Notes under the pieces: model-generated
What the model saw: only the letters and a program-made list of their open reading frames with translations
The model's database searches: none
Told to the model about the DNA's origin: nothing
Shown: piece by piece, positions 17,868 through 28,503 of the stretch
How positions within the stretch are numbered: position 1 is the first letter of the stretch
Layout: every line of letters begins with the position of its first letter
Position numbers and translations under genes: made by a program
Source: Terriglobia bacterium
GTDB taxonomy: Bacteria > Acidobacteriota > Terriglobia > 20CM-2-55-15
Assembly: GCA_965198225.1 (NCBI GenBank)
Contig: CBDAOY010000005.1
Span: 288,001-352,000, forward strand
Direction of reading: 5' to 3'
DNA length: 64,000 bases

Positions 17868-18809
17868 CTATACGTTGGACAGAGAGGCTCTGCCGAGCGT
17901 CTGGTAGCCCTTGATCAGTTCCTGGATTCCGTCGTCCAGGCCCCGTATGGCTTCGAAGCCCGCCTCCCGGAGACGTTGATTCGAGACGATGTAGTTGCGT
18001 TTGTCGGGATCGCTGCCGATCGGCGCAAAATGGATGTAGAAACTCGGTAGATACTCTTTGACTTTGTTCGCGAGCTCCTCTTTCGAGAGGTTCGCGTCAT
18101 CCAGGCCTGCATTGTAGGGTCTGCCCACCATGCTGCCGGCATTTTCAATGCAGTGAACCATGCAATCGGCCACATCGCGAATGTGGATGTAGTTCCTCTT
18201 GAAGTCCTTCTCGAATATCACGAGGTAGCCATCCGTCATCGCGGCGAGCACAAAGTGGTTCACCATCAAGTCAGTCCGCATTCGGGGAGACATTCCGAAC
18301 ACGGTAGCCAGCCGTAGCGTGATCGTGTTCTGAGAGGCCAGCAGTTCCGCCTCGGCTCGGACCTTTGTCTTCCCGTAGAGGGAGATGGGCTCGAGCGCGG
18401 CCTCCTCGGTGCAGTACGTCTCCCCGGATTTCGTGCCGTATCCGCTGTTGGTTGTGGGAAAGACGACCAACTGGCCCGGGTCACGCATCTTGTTCAACGC
18501 CTCGACGGCGCAGAAATTGACCTCCTCGGCCAACCACGGATCGCGATCGCATGCCGGCGCACCGACGAGAGCGGCCAGCGGGATCACGACATCCGCGTGG
18601 CGCACGAGAGATTGCATCAATGCCGGCTCGCGCACATCACCGCGAACAAAAGCAAAGTCCGGATTTGCGCAGAGGTGGAACAGGCTCTGTTGATTGAAGA
18701 GCAGGTTGTCGACGACCGTCACCCTGTAGCCGGCGTCGAGCAGCCGCTCCGACAGGATCGAGCCCAGGTAACCGGCGCCGCCGGTGACAAGAACACGATT
18801 CTTGCTCAT
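17868..18809 (-). CDS. NAD-dependent epimerase/dehydratase
   Basis: VLVTGGAGYLGS, YGKTK and RLATVFG.SPRMR.D. Confidence 0.88.
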   Translation of the reverse strand: MSKNRVLVTGGAGYLGSILSERLLDAGYRVTVVDNLLFNQQSLFHLCANPDFAFVRGDVREPALMQSLVRHADVVIPLAALVGAPACDRDPWLAEEVNFCAVEALNKMRDPGQLVVFPTTNSGYGTKSGETYCTEEAALEPISLYGKTKVRAEAELLASQNTITLRLATVFGMSPRMRTDLMVNHFVLAAMTDGYLVIFEKDFKRNYIHIRDVADCMVHCIENAGSMVGRPYNAGLDDANLSKEELANKVKEYLPSFYIHFAPIGSDPDKRNYIVSNQRLREAGFEAIRGLDDGIQELIKGYQTLGRASLSNV

Positions 18810-19144
18810 TCTGAATTCCGGGTCATCTTGAAGGTACCTCTCCTCACCGACCGGTTCCTTCGGAATTCGCGCTTGCAGGGCGACACACAAATCGCCTCCC
18901 AGTTCCACCGGGCAAACATATAAGCTTATGATATAAAGGGCTTAATACCAAACACAACGACTGCCCAACTGGGGAACGGGCCGCGCCGAGGATCTCGAGG
19001 TCAGCCGGCCATGCCGCAGTTGAACGCCACCGGATGAACGTACTTTCGCACTCGCGCTTCAGGAGTATCAAACAGGCTGGTCAAATCGGGGTCGTTTCGA
19101 GGTAGCAGCCGGCCGCGTGAAAATGCCCTGAATCGCGCGTACGC

Positions 19145-20989
19145 CTAAGCCAACTGGCTCTCCACTGTCTCAAGCCGCGGAAACAGGTCGAGCGCTTCGA
19201 AGCGAATCCGCCAATACGTCGACGATTCGGCGAAGCGCCGCGACAGATCGAGGCGCCTTCTGGCTTCCTCGTGATTTCCTAACTTCTTTTCTATCAGAGC
19301 GAAATAAAGGTTCCCGAGAGCGTTGTTGGCGTGGGTATGGTCACACATGTTGGTGAATAGTCGATGCAGCATCCGCAGCTTGGTTGAACTTTCCAGCGCC
19401 CATATCTTCTCGTAATTGACCTTGTAATCCATGACCATCCAGACGTCTCGTATGTCTGCCCTTTCGGGAACAATGGTCGGATCGCACTCCAGCATGTTGA
19501 TGAAATCGTCGGCAGACATCCGTTCGTTCGCCTCCCTCCGGATCTGGCCGCCGGTAGAACCGACGAAAGGCCTCTCGGTTCCGTCGATCATTTCCTCTTC
19601 GGTCAGGAGGCCGGCTGCGAGGGCGTGATTCGTCAGTTCCACCCCCGGTATGAAGTTCAGCGGCTGGATCGTGTACCAATCGAGGCCCATGTCCACTCCG
19701 AGCTTCACGGTCTGCAAGACCTGTCCGATCGTCTCATCGGGGAATCCCACCATCAAGAGACCTTTCGCAAAGACGTTCGGAAATTCTTTCATGATTTCGG
19801 CGCACTGCAGGTAATGTCGAACTCCACTCGGCTTCCGGACAGCGGCAAGGATCTCCGGACTTCCTGATTCGATGCCGACGCTCAGCGCAACGCAACCGCT
19901 CTCCGATGCGGCCTGCGCGATTTCCCGCGTCATCGCGGAGGCGATGATGCCGTTCGACGCATCCCACGTCACACCGAGGTTGCGCCGCACCATTTCATTG
20001 AAAAGACCGACGGCCCGGCTCGCGTTGTAGAACAGGTCGTCGTCAAGCCACATGATGTGCCCGATCCCGTAACGGTCACGCAACAACTCGATCTCATCGA
20101 CGACGTTGTGGATGTCTCTCATCGAAACGCCGTACCCGTTGAAAGTTCTGACCGAACAGAAGGTACATTGAGCACGGCATCCGACGTTGGAAAGGACGGT
20201 CGCGGCCCGAGTCCTGTCCGCCCACAACCAGTGAAATGCCCCGATCCTCCCATGCTCCGGGGAGTATTGGTCGATGGGAAGATCGTGATAATCCGGAATG
20301 ATGTTTATCGATTCCGGTGTCTTGGGGGCCCGCTGTTCCAACGCGACATACCGCTCGCCGTCCAACATGCCAAGTTGGGTCAGCTTCTCCTTTCCGACGG
20401 CTCCATTGACGAAATCCAGCGTGTCGACGAAACTCGCGTTTCCTTCGAACAGACACACGATGTCTACTTGCGGGCAATCTCTGGCAACGATCTCGGCGGC
20501 ATCGGAGTTATGGGTTCCACCGGCGAACACGGGCATGGCCGGGTCGATGCTTTTGACATGGGCAGCAACGCGCTTCATCTGCCGGTAATAGACCGTAAAC
20601 ATGCATGTGAGGGCGACAATATCCGGGCGAAACTCCTCGACACGCTTCTCGAGCAGAAACCGCCACGTGTCATAGTCGAAAGCTTCCGGGTGCTTCTTGA
20701 AATTCTCCTGAAGCAGGAAATTGAGATCCAGGATGCTTATGTCGTCGGCCGGGTAGCCGCCGTTCTGTAACGCCCGGGACATGATCGCAAAGCCCGCAGG
20801 GGGGAAAACCGGGTATCGATTACCTTTCGCGACTTCAGGGTCGAAGTCCTCTTCCGGCACGTTGGGCGGGTTTACGAACAGGATCCGTCTGCATCCTTCT
20901 GGGAAAAGGCTCCTGAGCTTTTGCGCGACGATATCCCGGGGGTCCAGCTGTGTCACTGAACTCACGCGGGTTTGATCATTACTCGTCAT
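19145..20989 (-). CDS. B12-binding radical SAM protein
   Basis: N-terminal cobalamin-binding-like domain, GCRAQCTFCS (CxxxCxxC), WLDDDL and VGIESGS. Confidence 0.85.
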   Translation of the reverse strand: MTSNDQTRVSSVTQLDPRDIVAQKLRSLFPEGCRRILFVNPPNVPEEDFDPEVAKGNRYPVFPPAGFAIMSRALQNGGYPADDISILDLNFLLQENFKKHPEAFDYDTWRFLLEKRVEEFRPDIVALTCMFTVYYRQMKRVAAHVKSIDPAMPVFAGGTHNSDAAEIVARDCPQVDIVCLFEGNASFVDTLDFVNGAVGKEKLTQLGMLDGERYVALEQRAPKTPESINIIPDYHDLPIDQYSPEHGRIGAFHWLWADRTRAATVLSNVGCRAQCTFCSVRTFNGYGVSMRDIHNVVDEIELLRDRYGIGHIMWLDDDLFYNASRAVGLFNEMVRRNLGVTWDASNGIIASAMTREIAQAASESGCVALSVGIESGSPEILAAVRKPSGVRHYLQCAEIMKEFPNVFAKGLLMVGFPDETIGQVLQTVKLGVDMGLDWYTIQPLNFIPGVELTNHALAAGLLTEEEMIDGTERPFVGSTGGQIRREANERMSADDFINMLECDPTIVPERADIRDVWMVMDYKVNYEKIWALESSTKLRMLHRLFTNMCDHTHANNALGNLYFALIEKKLGNHEEARRRLDLSRRFAESSTYWRIRFEALDLFPRLETVESQLA

Positions 20990-21060
20990 GCAAAATCCTT
21001 TCCTGCTGCAGTGGTAAGTCCGATGCTTCCCAGTTCAGCGCTGTCCATCAATACAACCCT

Positions 21061-22044
21061 TCATTCGAGAGCCTGGTCTGACGATACGCTACCATGCTCG
21101 CAGTACCAGTCGATAGTCCTCTGGAGTCCCTCCTCCAGGGAAAACCGGGCTTGGAAACCCAGTTGCTCTCTGGCCTTCGTCAGGTCTACGAGTCGAACCG
21201 GAATCGTCGTCGGTTTTGAAGGATCGTAGATGACTTCGGCGGCGGTGTGCTGCGCGAGCCTCAGGATCAGCTCCAACGATTCCCTAATCGTAACAGGGTT
21301 GCCCGACCCGATGTTAAAGGGATCGAAATGTGTCCACCGCTCCATCGCTCGAAGCATCGCTTCGACCATGTCCGAAACGTAGACAAAGTCACGCACCGCG
21401 CTACCGTCGCCCCACACCTCGAACGGGTTCTGCTTCTCGACTGCACGACGGATCAAAGCCGGGAGCACGTGTGATGTTCCGAAGTCAAACTTGTCGAAAG
21501 GGCCGTAAACATTCGTCGGTCGGACGATGATGATCTTCCGACCGTACTTCTCGCAGTAGAACTGTGCGAGCTTTTCGGAGTATCGCTTCATCCATGCGGA
21601 CCCGAAATAACTGGGATGAGGATCCCCCGAAAAAGCTTCCTCTTCCTTCACGGCGTAGTCGACGGGTGGATACACGGTCGAGCTGCTTATGAACAGGCAT
21701 CGATCGACGGCGCCGGTGGCTTCGAGCATCCGCACGTTCATGATCAGATTATCTGTCACATGAACGAGCGGGTTCGTTGCAATCGCGTAAGCGCCGGAGG
21801 TGTTCGCGGCGCACAGGAAAGCATAATCGACGCCTTCAACGACCCGGGTGCAGTCCTCCGCGCGGGTCAGATCGCACCTCACGTAGGAAATGTTCTTATC
21901 TTCGACGACCTGATCCTTGACATGAAGGGTCGCCCGGACACTGGCGCCTCTACGAGCCAATTCCTGGACCAGGTTGGCTCCGATCAACCCCGTCGCTCCG
22001 GTGACCAGCACCTGTTTATCGCTGTAGAAATCGGACTGCCCCAT
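21061..22044 (-). CDS. GDP-L-fucose synthase-like epimerase/reductase
   Basis: VTGATGLIG, RPTNVYGPFDKFD..SHVLPALI and WGDGSAVRDF. Confidence 0.85.
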   Translation of the reverse strand: MGQSDFYSDKQVLVTGATGLIGANLVQELARRGASVRATLHVKDQVVEDKNISYVRCDLTRAEDCTRVVEGVDYAFLCAANTSGAYAIATNPLVHVTDNLIMNVRMLEATGAVDRCLFISSSTVYPPVDYAVKEEEAFSGDPHPSYFGSAWMKRYSEKLAQFYCEKYGRKIIIVRPTNVYGPFDKFDFGTSHVLPALIRRAVEKQNPFEVWGDGSAVRDFVYVSDMVEAMLRAMERWTHFDPFNIGSGNPVTIRESLELILRLAQHTAAEVIYDPSKPTTIPVRLVDLTKAREQLGFQARFSLEEGLQRTIDWYCEHGSVSSDQALE

Positions 22045-22051
22045 TTTCGCC

Positions 22052-22504
22052 CTAAGGAATACCGTCCGACGTTATCGCCCGGTACACCGGCATGAAGTCG
22101 TCGTGGTACGGAGAGGCGGGGCTCAACAGCCTCTCCAGTCGGAGATCGCTTCGAGAGCCAGGTTTGATCCTTCGGATCTGATCGTACACGGACCGCGCAG
22201 TCGGCGATTGTTCAAGTGTTCTCCTCAGAGCGTTGATCTTCTTCCCGAGAGCGGTCGGATGTGGCCTGTAACCTATCGCAGTCGCCAGGTAGTCGGAAAA
22301 GGATGCCCGAAGCAGTTCACAGGCCGCATCTTGGCTCATCTTTGTGTGACGGACTAGAGCCTCCGTCACCGTATCCTGGAAAATCCTAAACGACGACTGC
22401 CAGTTCGGCTGCGAAATCCAATCCAGAAGATCCCCCTTCGTGAGCCCATGCCGGTGGGGTCCAGCCTGGCGAAACAGGTACAAGCGGTTCATTTTTTTCG
22501 CCTA
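22052..22504 (-). pseudogene. GT2 (TIGR00180-like) glycosyltransferase, 3' fragment
   Basis: In frame with 24804-24169 once the insertions are removed (AKKMNRLYLFRQ...SPYHDDFMPVY). Confidence 0.7.
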
Positions 22505-22505
22505 G

Positions 22506-24042
22506 GAGTCTGCGCGGCAGAGCGCAAAGAACTCGGACTGATTGGGATTTGAGAGGGTCTTCGGAGGAGAATCGACCGATTCTTCCGATACGACGAGTTC
22601 AGAGTTGTACGGACACCCGTAATTGGCCGTGTATCGGGTCTGCCGGGTTGCGGTTTTCCGGATTATGCCCATTCGATCTTCCCGTTCATCCGTCGTAAGT
22701 TCACCGCCAGAGTGACCAGATTCCACTCCCCGGTCACTTTGTCCAAACCGCGTAGACTGAACTGTCGGAATCCGAGCACCGACTTGATCCACCCGAAGGG
22801 CGGCTCACCAATGTGCTTTCGGGCCCGGTAGCGGTCACGCCCACGCTTGGTTTTCATCTTTCTCATCATCCGACCAACAGCGGTGTCTTTGGGTGGGAGT
22901 GGGGCACGGGCGAGATCCTTCTCGCGACCCATCGCAACATACCCGTCAATCTGACGTTGTTCCAACATCCCCAGATTTGACTCGGATCGATATCCCGCAT
23001 CGGCCAGCACGCGGTCGGGACGCTCCCCCAGATTGTCGCTCAACGCATCCAGCGTGGGTTCCAACTGCCCCACATCCGATGCATTGTCAGTCACCGTTGT
23101 TGCCACGATGATCCGGGCCTGGGAATCCACCACCGCTTGCGCGTTGTAGCATTGCTGGAACCCTTCGGTGGAGGTCTTCATCATCCGGCTTTCCGGGTCG
23201 GTGAAGTTGTCCTGGGCCGTGGGTTTAGGTTCCCCCATGGGACGTTTGAATGGCTTCTTTCCGCATCCGGGTTTGTGATCTTTGGTGTTCCGTCCCGCTT
23301 CCTTGTCCGCGGCCATCTGACGTTCTTCGAGCCGCTTCATGGCCGCCTGTATCGTGGCCAGGCGCTTCTTGCGCGTGGCCAACCCGTCGGGCAGTTCGTC
23401 TCCGCGCCGGTCCTTGCCGTATCGCTCGTCTTCGTCCTCATCGGTCGCCTCGGCCCGGTTCAACAGATCCCGAATCTGTTCACCCAATTCGGTCTCCTGC
23501 TTTTTCATGCGTTCGTAGCTCATCGCTTTGCGTTTGCTTGCATTCGCCCGCATCTTGGTCCCGTCCACCGCCACGGTTCCCATCTTCACCAGTCCCGCTT
23601 CCCGCGCCATCATCACCACTTGCACAAACAGGTTTCCGAACTCCTCAAGATGCAGTTTGCGAAAATCCGAGATCGTTCGGTGCGCCGGAAAGTTCTCCGC
23701 TCCCAACATCCGGAACGCTACGTCGTCGGTCAACTTCGCCGCGATCTTCCTGGACGAGAACACTCCGGTCGCGTACCCATAAATCAGCACCTTCACCATC
23801 ATCCGCGGATCAAACGCCTGATTGCCCGGACCCTCGGTTCCATACCGCTGTTCGAACGCGCTCAAATCCATCGCGTCCACCGCGTCCGATATGAAGTACG
23901 ACAGGTGATCTTCGGCCAACCAATCTCTCAACGACGGTGGCATCAGCAGTGTTTGTTCTGGGCTATAAGTCCGATAGGTTCGTGCCATGACATATCTTCG
24001 ATCTTTATCCGCCCAATTCCGGTCCTTCTGCCGCGCAGACTC
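22506..24042 (-). mobile_element. Insertion sequence, IS1182 family (1537 bp)
   Basis: 16-bp perfect TIR GAGTCTGCGCGGCAGA, CTAG on both sides and a single transposase. Confidence 0.9.
22663..23988 (-). CDS. IS1182-family DDE transposase
   Basis: LMPPSLRDWL, SSRKI, AVDGTKMRANAS, TDPESR, YNAQ, LADAGY and EPPFGWIK...GFRQF.LRGL.KV. Confidence 0.9.
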   Translation of the reverse strand: MARTYRTYSPEQTLLMPPSLRDWLAEDHLSYFISDAVDAMDLSAFEQRYGTEGPGNQAFDPRMMVKVLIYGYATGVFSSRKIAAKLTDDVAFRMLGAENFPAHRTISDFRKLHLEEFGNLFVQVVMMAREAGLVKMGTVAVDGTKMRANASKRKAMSYERMKKQETELGEQIRDLLNRAEATDEDEDERYGKDRRGDELPDGLATRKKRLATIQAAMKRLEERQMAADKEAGRNTKDHKPGCGKKPFKRPMGEPKPTAQDNFTDPESRMMKTSTEGFQQCYNAQAVVDSQARIIVATTVTDNASDVGQLEPTLDALSDNLGERPDRVLADAGYRSESNLGMLEQRQIDGYVAMGREKDLARAPLPPKDTAVGRMMRKMKTKRGRDRYRARKHIGEPPFGWIKSVLGFRQFSLRGLDKVTGEWNLVTLAVNLRRMNGKIEWA

Positions 24043-24046
24043 CTAG

Positions 24047-24168
24047 CAGCCTGTCGGACTAACACCAAATCGAAAACCTAAGTCATTCATATGACGGTGT
24101 TTACAGTTTCGAGCTGAAAAGGGCCGTCGTTGAAAACAAAGGACTTACGCCGAAAGTCCGACAGGCTG
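24047..24168. mobile_element. MITE (122 bp) with 14-bp TIRs, flanked by CTAG
   Basis: CAGCCTGTCGGACT...AGTCCGACAGGCTG. CTAG at 24043 and 24169. Confidence 0.8.
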
Positions 24169-24804
24169 CTAGCCTCGAATGAGAGCCAGACAGCCGACCA
24201 CGATTTCGGTAAATGCTCCATCCGAGAGAAACCGGGGACTTTCGAGGTCTCTGCAATCGCAGGCCTCGCGATATTCCTCGGTGCGATGAACGGAAAAATC
24301 CAGGACCCAATAGTCTCTCAGGAAGGAACTCAGCCTTTCGGCAGGAGTCTCCTTCTCGCACTCTTTGATGAAATAGCGGCCCAGGTTGTCGATTTCACCC
24401 CAGGCGCCCTCCTTGTCCAGCCCAAACACGACTGCCTGCCCCTGCGCGGCGGCATAGTGGGAATTGCTTTCGAGGAACTCGATACAGTCCCTCAGCCCGT
24501 CCGGGACGAAGAGGTCATCGTCGCCCAGGTATGCGACGTACTTCTCCTCAACCATGTCCGCCAGCCTTTTCACTACTGCATGAGATACGATGCCAGGATC
24601 GATCCACCGGTGAACCACCCTCAGTCGCCCCTTGAGCTCTTCGATTCTCGAAAGAACTCGATCGGTATGGGTCTGATCGCTGGAGTCGCCCAGGTAGATG
24701 GTGTAAGGACAGTCGACGCTGGCGTAGTAGTTCAACTGCCGGATGACGAAGTCGGAGTGGTTCTTAGTGGGGATTACGATCCCTAGCACTTCCTGAACCT
24801 GCAA
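24169..24804 (-). pseudogene. GT2 (TIGR00180-like) glycosyltransferase, 5' fragment
   Basis: IVIPTKN, YLGDSS and YLGDDD motifs. Ends at the CTAG insertion site. Confidence 0.75.
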
Positions 24805-24834
24805 CTGGAAGTGGCGTCGTAATCCAGACAGATA

Positions 24835-26193
24835 CTAATCGTGCTCGATGAAATCATCGAAACTGCTGCAGACGCGGTCCGCGAACTCTTTCCCTAAATC
24901 GGTGATGACAATCGCGTGCTCGGAAAGTTCGACGATGCCGTCATCGACAAATTCACTCAGCCGGTTCTCCTCCTCTCTGAAATACTCTCTGAACCGGATC
25001 CCGTACCTTTCTTCGATATCCCGGTACTCGAGGTGGAAGTAGCCGCGCAACGCGCTGATGACGTCCCGGCGGATCTGATCATCCTGGCTCATCTGGTATC
25101 CACGGTAGATCGGGAACCTCCCTTCCTCCAGAGCGGCTCCATACTCGGACTCTTCGTAGGAATTCTGAGAGTAGAAGCGCCCACCGAGGTTGCTGTAGCT
25201 GTGCACTCCGAGCCCGAGCATATCGGGGCATTCTCCAGGGGTGTAGCCCAGAGAATTCCACTGCATCTTCCCCTGTTCCATCGATTTCGCCACCGCATCG
25301 GAAGGTTTTGCGAAATGATCGTAGCCGGTTCGGACGTACCCGCCTTTCTCGAGAGTCTCCAGAGCCGTTAGAAACAGCACCTTCCTTTCGTAGGAATTCG
25401 GGAGCTCGCCATCCCTTTTCATGAGCTTCTGGTGCGGCGCAAATCCCGGGGAGTAGTGAAGGTAGTTGAAACAGACACGGTCGGGCGACATTTCCACGAC
25501 CGTCTCCATGGTCTTTCGCATCGTTTCCGGAGTCTGCTTGGGCAAGCCACAGATGACGTCGAAATTCACGCTGTGGAAATACTGTCGGACATCGGGGGTC
25601 AGCAGGTCTGCTGCCAGGTGAGCCGGCTGCACCCGGTTGATTGCTTCCTGCACGGCAGGATCAAAGTCCTGTATGCCGAAAGAGATCCTGTCGATTCCTA
25701 CCTCATGGTAGAACTTCAGCATCTCCTTATCGATCCGTCGCGGGTCGATTTCAATCGAGAACTCTCTCAGGTTCTCGATGTCGACGATGGATCCGAGTTT
25801 GTCGACCATGTCTGTGACGTCGCTCTTGCGCAGGAAGGTCGGCGAACCGCCCCCGAGGTGGATTTCCCGGATATCGGGAGTGATGGCATGCTCCTCGAAA
25901 AACTCCCGAAACAGGTCTATCTCTCGGTAGAGGAAGCTCAGGTAGTTCGTCGCCTTGTCGTAGTTCCGCGTGATGGATATGTGGCAGGTACAGAACCAAC
26001 ACAGCTGTTCGCAGTACGGAATGTGGACGTACAGCAGTATCGGTCTGCGGGTCGAGCCTGACAGTGTTTCGAGCGCACTCCTGAAGCGGTCGTCCGTGAA
26101 GTCGGTCGACCAGAATTTCTTGTGAGGGTACTCCGTATACATGAGCGCCCTCTCGCCATACTTTGTCGCCAGATCGATTTCGAGTTCGCTCAA
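24835..26193 (-). CDS. HemN-like radical SAM enzyme
   Basis: LYVHIPYCEQLCWFCTC, HLGGGSPT, RISFGIQDF and DHFAKP. Confidence 0.8.
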   Translation of the reverse strand: MSELEIDLATKYGERALMYTEYPHKKFWSTDFTDDRFRSALETLSGSTRRPILLYVHIPYCEQLCWFCTCHISITRNYDKATNYLSFLYREIDLFREFFEEHAITPDIREIHLGGGSPTFLRKSDVTDMVDKLGSIVDIENLREFSIEIDPRRIDKEMLKFYHEVGIDRISFGIQDFDPAVQEAINRVQPAHLAADLLTPDVRQYFHSVNFDVICGLPKQTPETMRKTMETVVEMSPDRVCFNYLHYSPGFAPHQKLMKRDGELPNSYERKVLFLTALETLEKGGYVRTGYDHFAKPSDAVAKSMEQGKMQWNSLGYTPGECPDMLGLGVHSYSNLGGRFYSQNSYEESEYGAALEEGRFPIYRGYQMSQDDQIRRDVISALRGYFHLEYRDIEERYGIRFREYFREEENRLSEFVDDGIVELSEHAIVITDLGKEFADRVCSSFDDFIEHD

Positions 26194-26222
26194 GGATCTT
26201 TCCCTTTTGTTTTTATACCGGC

Positions 26223-26846
26223 TTAACGCTCGTCGGGGCGAGCCCCCTCCGAACGTCCGGCCTCATAGCCTTCATCTAGAGTCATGATCTTTTCGCGTGC
26301 GAGCAACACGCCGGCCACGCTTCCAAGGCTCTGCAGCCGTCCGGTCTCGATCATGGTCGAAACCCGATCGAGCGAGGCTCGCACCACGTCGATGAATTCC
26401 GTCTGGTCCAGTCGTTGTTCCGAGGTACACCGCGAGTCCAGCGCCATGAACAAGTATACCGGGTATTCATGCGAAGTCGGATGGGCTGAAAGGCTTGCCA
26501 GTTCGACCCACCGATCCGACGAGTAACCGGTTTCTTCACGAAGTTCTCTCTGCGCGGCTTCCAGCGGCGTTCGGTCCTCGGGGGAAACATATCCGCCCGG
26601 AATCTCGGTTAGCGTTCGACCCGCGCCATGACGATACTGGCGGACGAGGACAACTTCCAGTTCCGGAGTTAGGGCAACGATGCCCACTCCGGGTGGGAAC
26701 TCGGCCACGTGATAATCGTCGATGGTGCTGCCGTCGGGCAGGCGGCATGCATCGATCCTCCAGTTGACCCAGCGACTCTTTTCCAGGTAGGTCGACCGGA
26801 CCACCGTCCACTTCCTCGTGTTCTCGCCGCAATCGTTACTCATCAA
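26223..26846 (-). CDS. NUDIX hydrolase
   Basis: Nudix box PGG...PLEAAQRELREETGY. Confidence 0.85.
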   Translation of the reverse strand: MMSNDCGENTRKWTVVRSTYLEKSRWVNWRIDACRLPDGSTIDDYHVAEFPPGVGIVALTPELEVVLVRQYRHGAGRTLTEIPGGYVSPEDRTPLEAAQRELREETGYSSDRWVELASLSAHPTSHEYPVYLFMALDSRCTSEQRLDQTEFIDVVRASLDRVSTMIETGRLQSLGSVAGVLLAREKIMTLDEGYEAGRSEGARPDER

Positions 26847-26915
26847 CCAAACCGTAGATAGCGCCGAGCAGAGTCCACGACTCGCATCGTCCGCCCGGGA
26901 AGGCCAGGCCCCGGC

Positions 26916-27674
26916 TCACCATAGATCGACCGCCTGTCCGGTGACCCTTACGCCCTCTTCAGAAAGCGAAAGAACCGTCTGAGCCACCTCATCCATCGTG
27001 ATGAAACGTCGCCGCGCATTCTTCTGTGCCATCAACTTCCGAACTTCTTTGGCGCTGAGACCGCGATCCTTCATGATCTTTTCCACGTTGTCCTTAAGTC
27101 CAGGCGTATCGACATAGCCGGGACAGACTGCGTTCACCATCACGCCGGAATCCACGACCTCAAGGGCCACGGACTGCGTGAACCCCAACACGCCATGCTT
27201 CGCCGCCGAGTAGGCACTAAGGTAGCGGGAACCTCGCTTGGCGGCCATCGAAGCGAGGTTCACGATTCGGCCATACTGTTGACTCGTCATCACGGCAAGC
27301 ACTTCCCGGGTCATCAGGAACACACCTGTCAGGTTCACCGAAAGAACACGGTTCCATAGATCGCTGTCCATCTCTCTGAGCAGCGCACTCGAGGTGTCTC
27401 CCGCGTTATTGACGAGAATATCGATCTTACCGAAACGCCTGTGAACTTCGTGAACAAACCGCCCGACTTCGGCCTCCGACGTCACGTCACACATGGAGCT
27501 CAAGACACCGGGACCGATCCCCTCTGCGACCCTCTCGAGTTCGTCCCTGTTACGTGCACAAGCCGCCACGCTCGCACCCTCGAGTGCAAACGCACTGCTT
27601 ATGGCTTTACCTATACCCCGTGAAGCTCCTGTCACGATGGCCACGCGGCCTTCGAATCTTCCAGAGGATCTCAC
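26916..27674 (-). CDS. SDR family oxidoreductase
   Basis: TGASRGIG, NNAG, YSAAKHG and PGYVDT. Confidence 0.88.
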   Translation of the reverse strand: MRSSGRFEGRVAIVTGASRGIGKAISSAFALEGASVAACARNRDELERVAEGIGPGVLSSMCDVTSEAEVGRFVHEVHRRFGKIDILVNNAGDTSSALLREMDSDLWNRVLSVNLTGVFLMTREVLAVMTSQQYGRIVNLASMAAKRGSRYLSAYSAAKHGVLGFTQSVALEVVDSGVMVNAVCPGYVDTPGLKDNVEKIMKDRGLSAKEVRKLMAQKNARRRFITMDEVAQTVLSLSEEGVRVTGQAVDLW

Positions 27675-27755
27675 ACCTTCACCACGCCGATACCGCTCAG
27701 ATCCGCCGCCGGGCGGAGACTTTCGGCGATCCCTGTTTTGGATCTCGACGAGGAA

Positions 27756-28466
27756 TCAATGTAGTGGGATTGCGGTTCGGTTCGCATTCTTCCCGGGGAT
27801 GAAATCCACACCGCGCTTGATGTAGATCAGCTGACACAAGGGCCGCGAACGTTCAGGAGACACATTGGGGTATGAACCGTGGACTACACAACCATTCAAC
27901 ACCAGCATACCTCCCTTCCCTGCCACCAGATCGACCTTCTCGTACTTGTTCGGTGGCTCGACGACGTTCCCCGGACTCTCCCCGACATCTTCCCGGTAAC
28001 TCTTCACGGGCGCGAAGGGAAGAAGTCCCTCCTTGTGTGAGCCCGGAAAGATGAACATCCCTCCGTTCCCGGAGTCGGCATCTTCAAAGAAGATATTCGT
28101 CGTGATATAGGCGCCGTACTCGGCCTGGGGGTACGAATTGTCCTGGTGCGGCTGCCAGGCCTGGACGGCGTAGCGACTTCTCGCCTTCTTGAAAAGCATC
28201 TGGCTCATCAAGCCCACCACTTCGGTTCCCTGCAACTGCTCCACCCTGGAAACGATCTCCGGCCGCTTCATGAGTTGGCGGATCTCAGGCTCACTTCGGT
28301 CGAGATTCAAGATGGCCGAGTAGTCTTCGTCCGCGTACTCCTCGAAGATCGTCATCAGACGGTCGCACTCCTCCAGCGGCAACAGATTCTCGACGACCAG
28401 GTAACCGTTGTCGCCATAGAACTGAACCTGCTCTTCGCTGAGGGGACTGTTTACACCTGCGCTCAT
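27756..28466 (-). CDS. PhyH-family Fe(II)/2OG dioxygenase
   Basis: WQPHQDNSY, NGGM...PGSH and VHGS.PN.S...R. Confidence 0.85.
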   Translation of the reverse strand: MSAGVNSPLSEEQVQFYGDNGYLVVENLLPLEECDRLMTIFEEYADEDYSAILNLDRSEPEIRQLMKRPEIVSRVEQLQGTEVVGLMSQMLFKKARSRYAVQAWQPHQDNSYPQAEYGAYITTNIFFEDADSGNGGMFIFPGSHKEGLLPFAPVKSYREDVGESPGNVVEPPNKYEKVDLVAGKGGMLVLNGCVVHGSYPNVSPERSRPLCQLIYIKRGVDFIPGKNANRTAIPLH

Positions 28467-28503
28467 GACTCCGCTTCTCCCGACATCTACCAACACGACT
28501 CCA

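Noticed and set aside
18910-19144. Intergenic region with an AT-rich patch
   Set aside because: I found no terminal inverted repeats, convincing promoter spacing or credible ORF.
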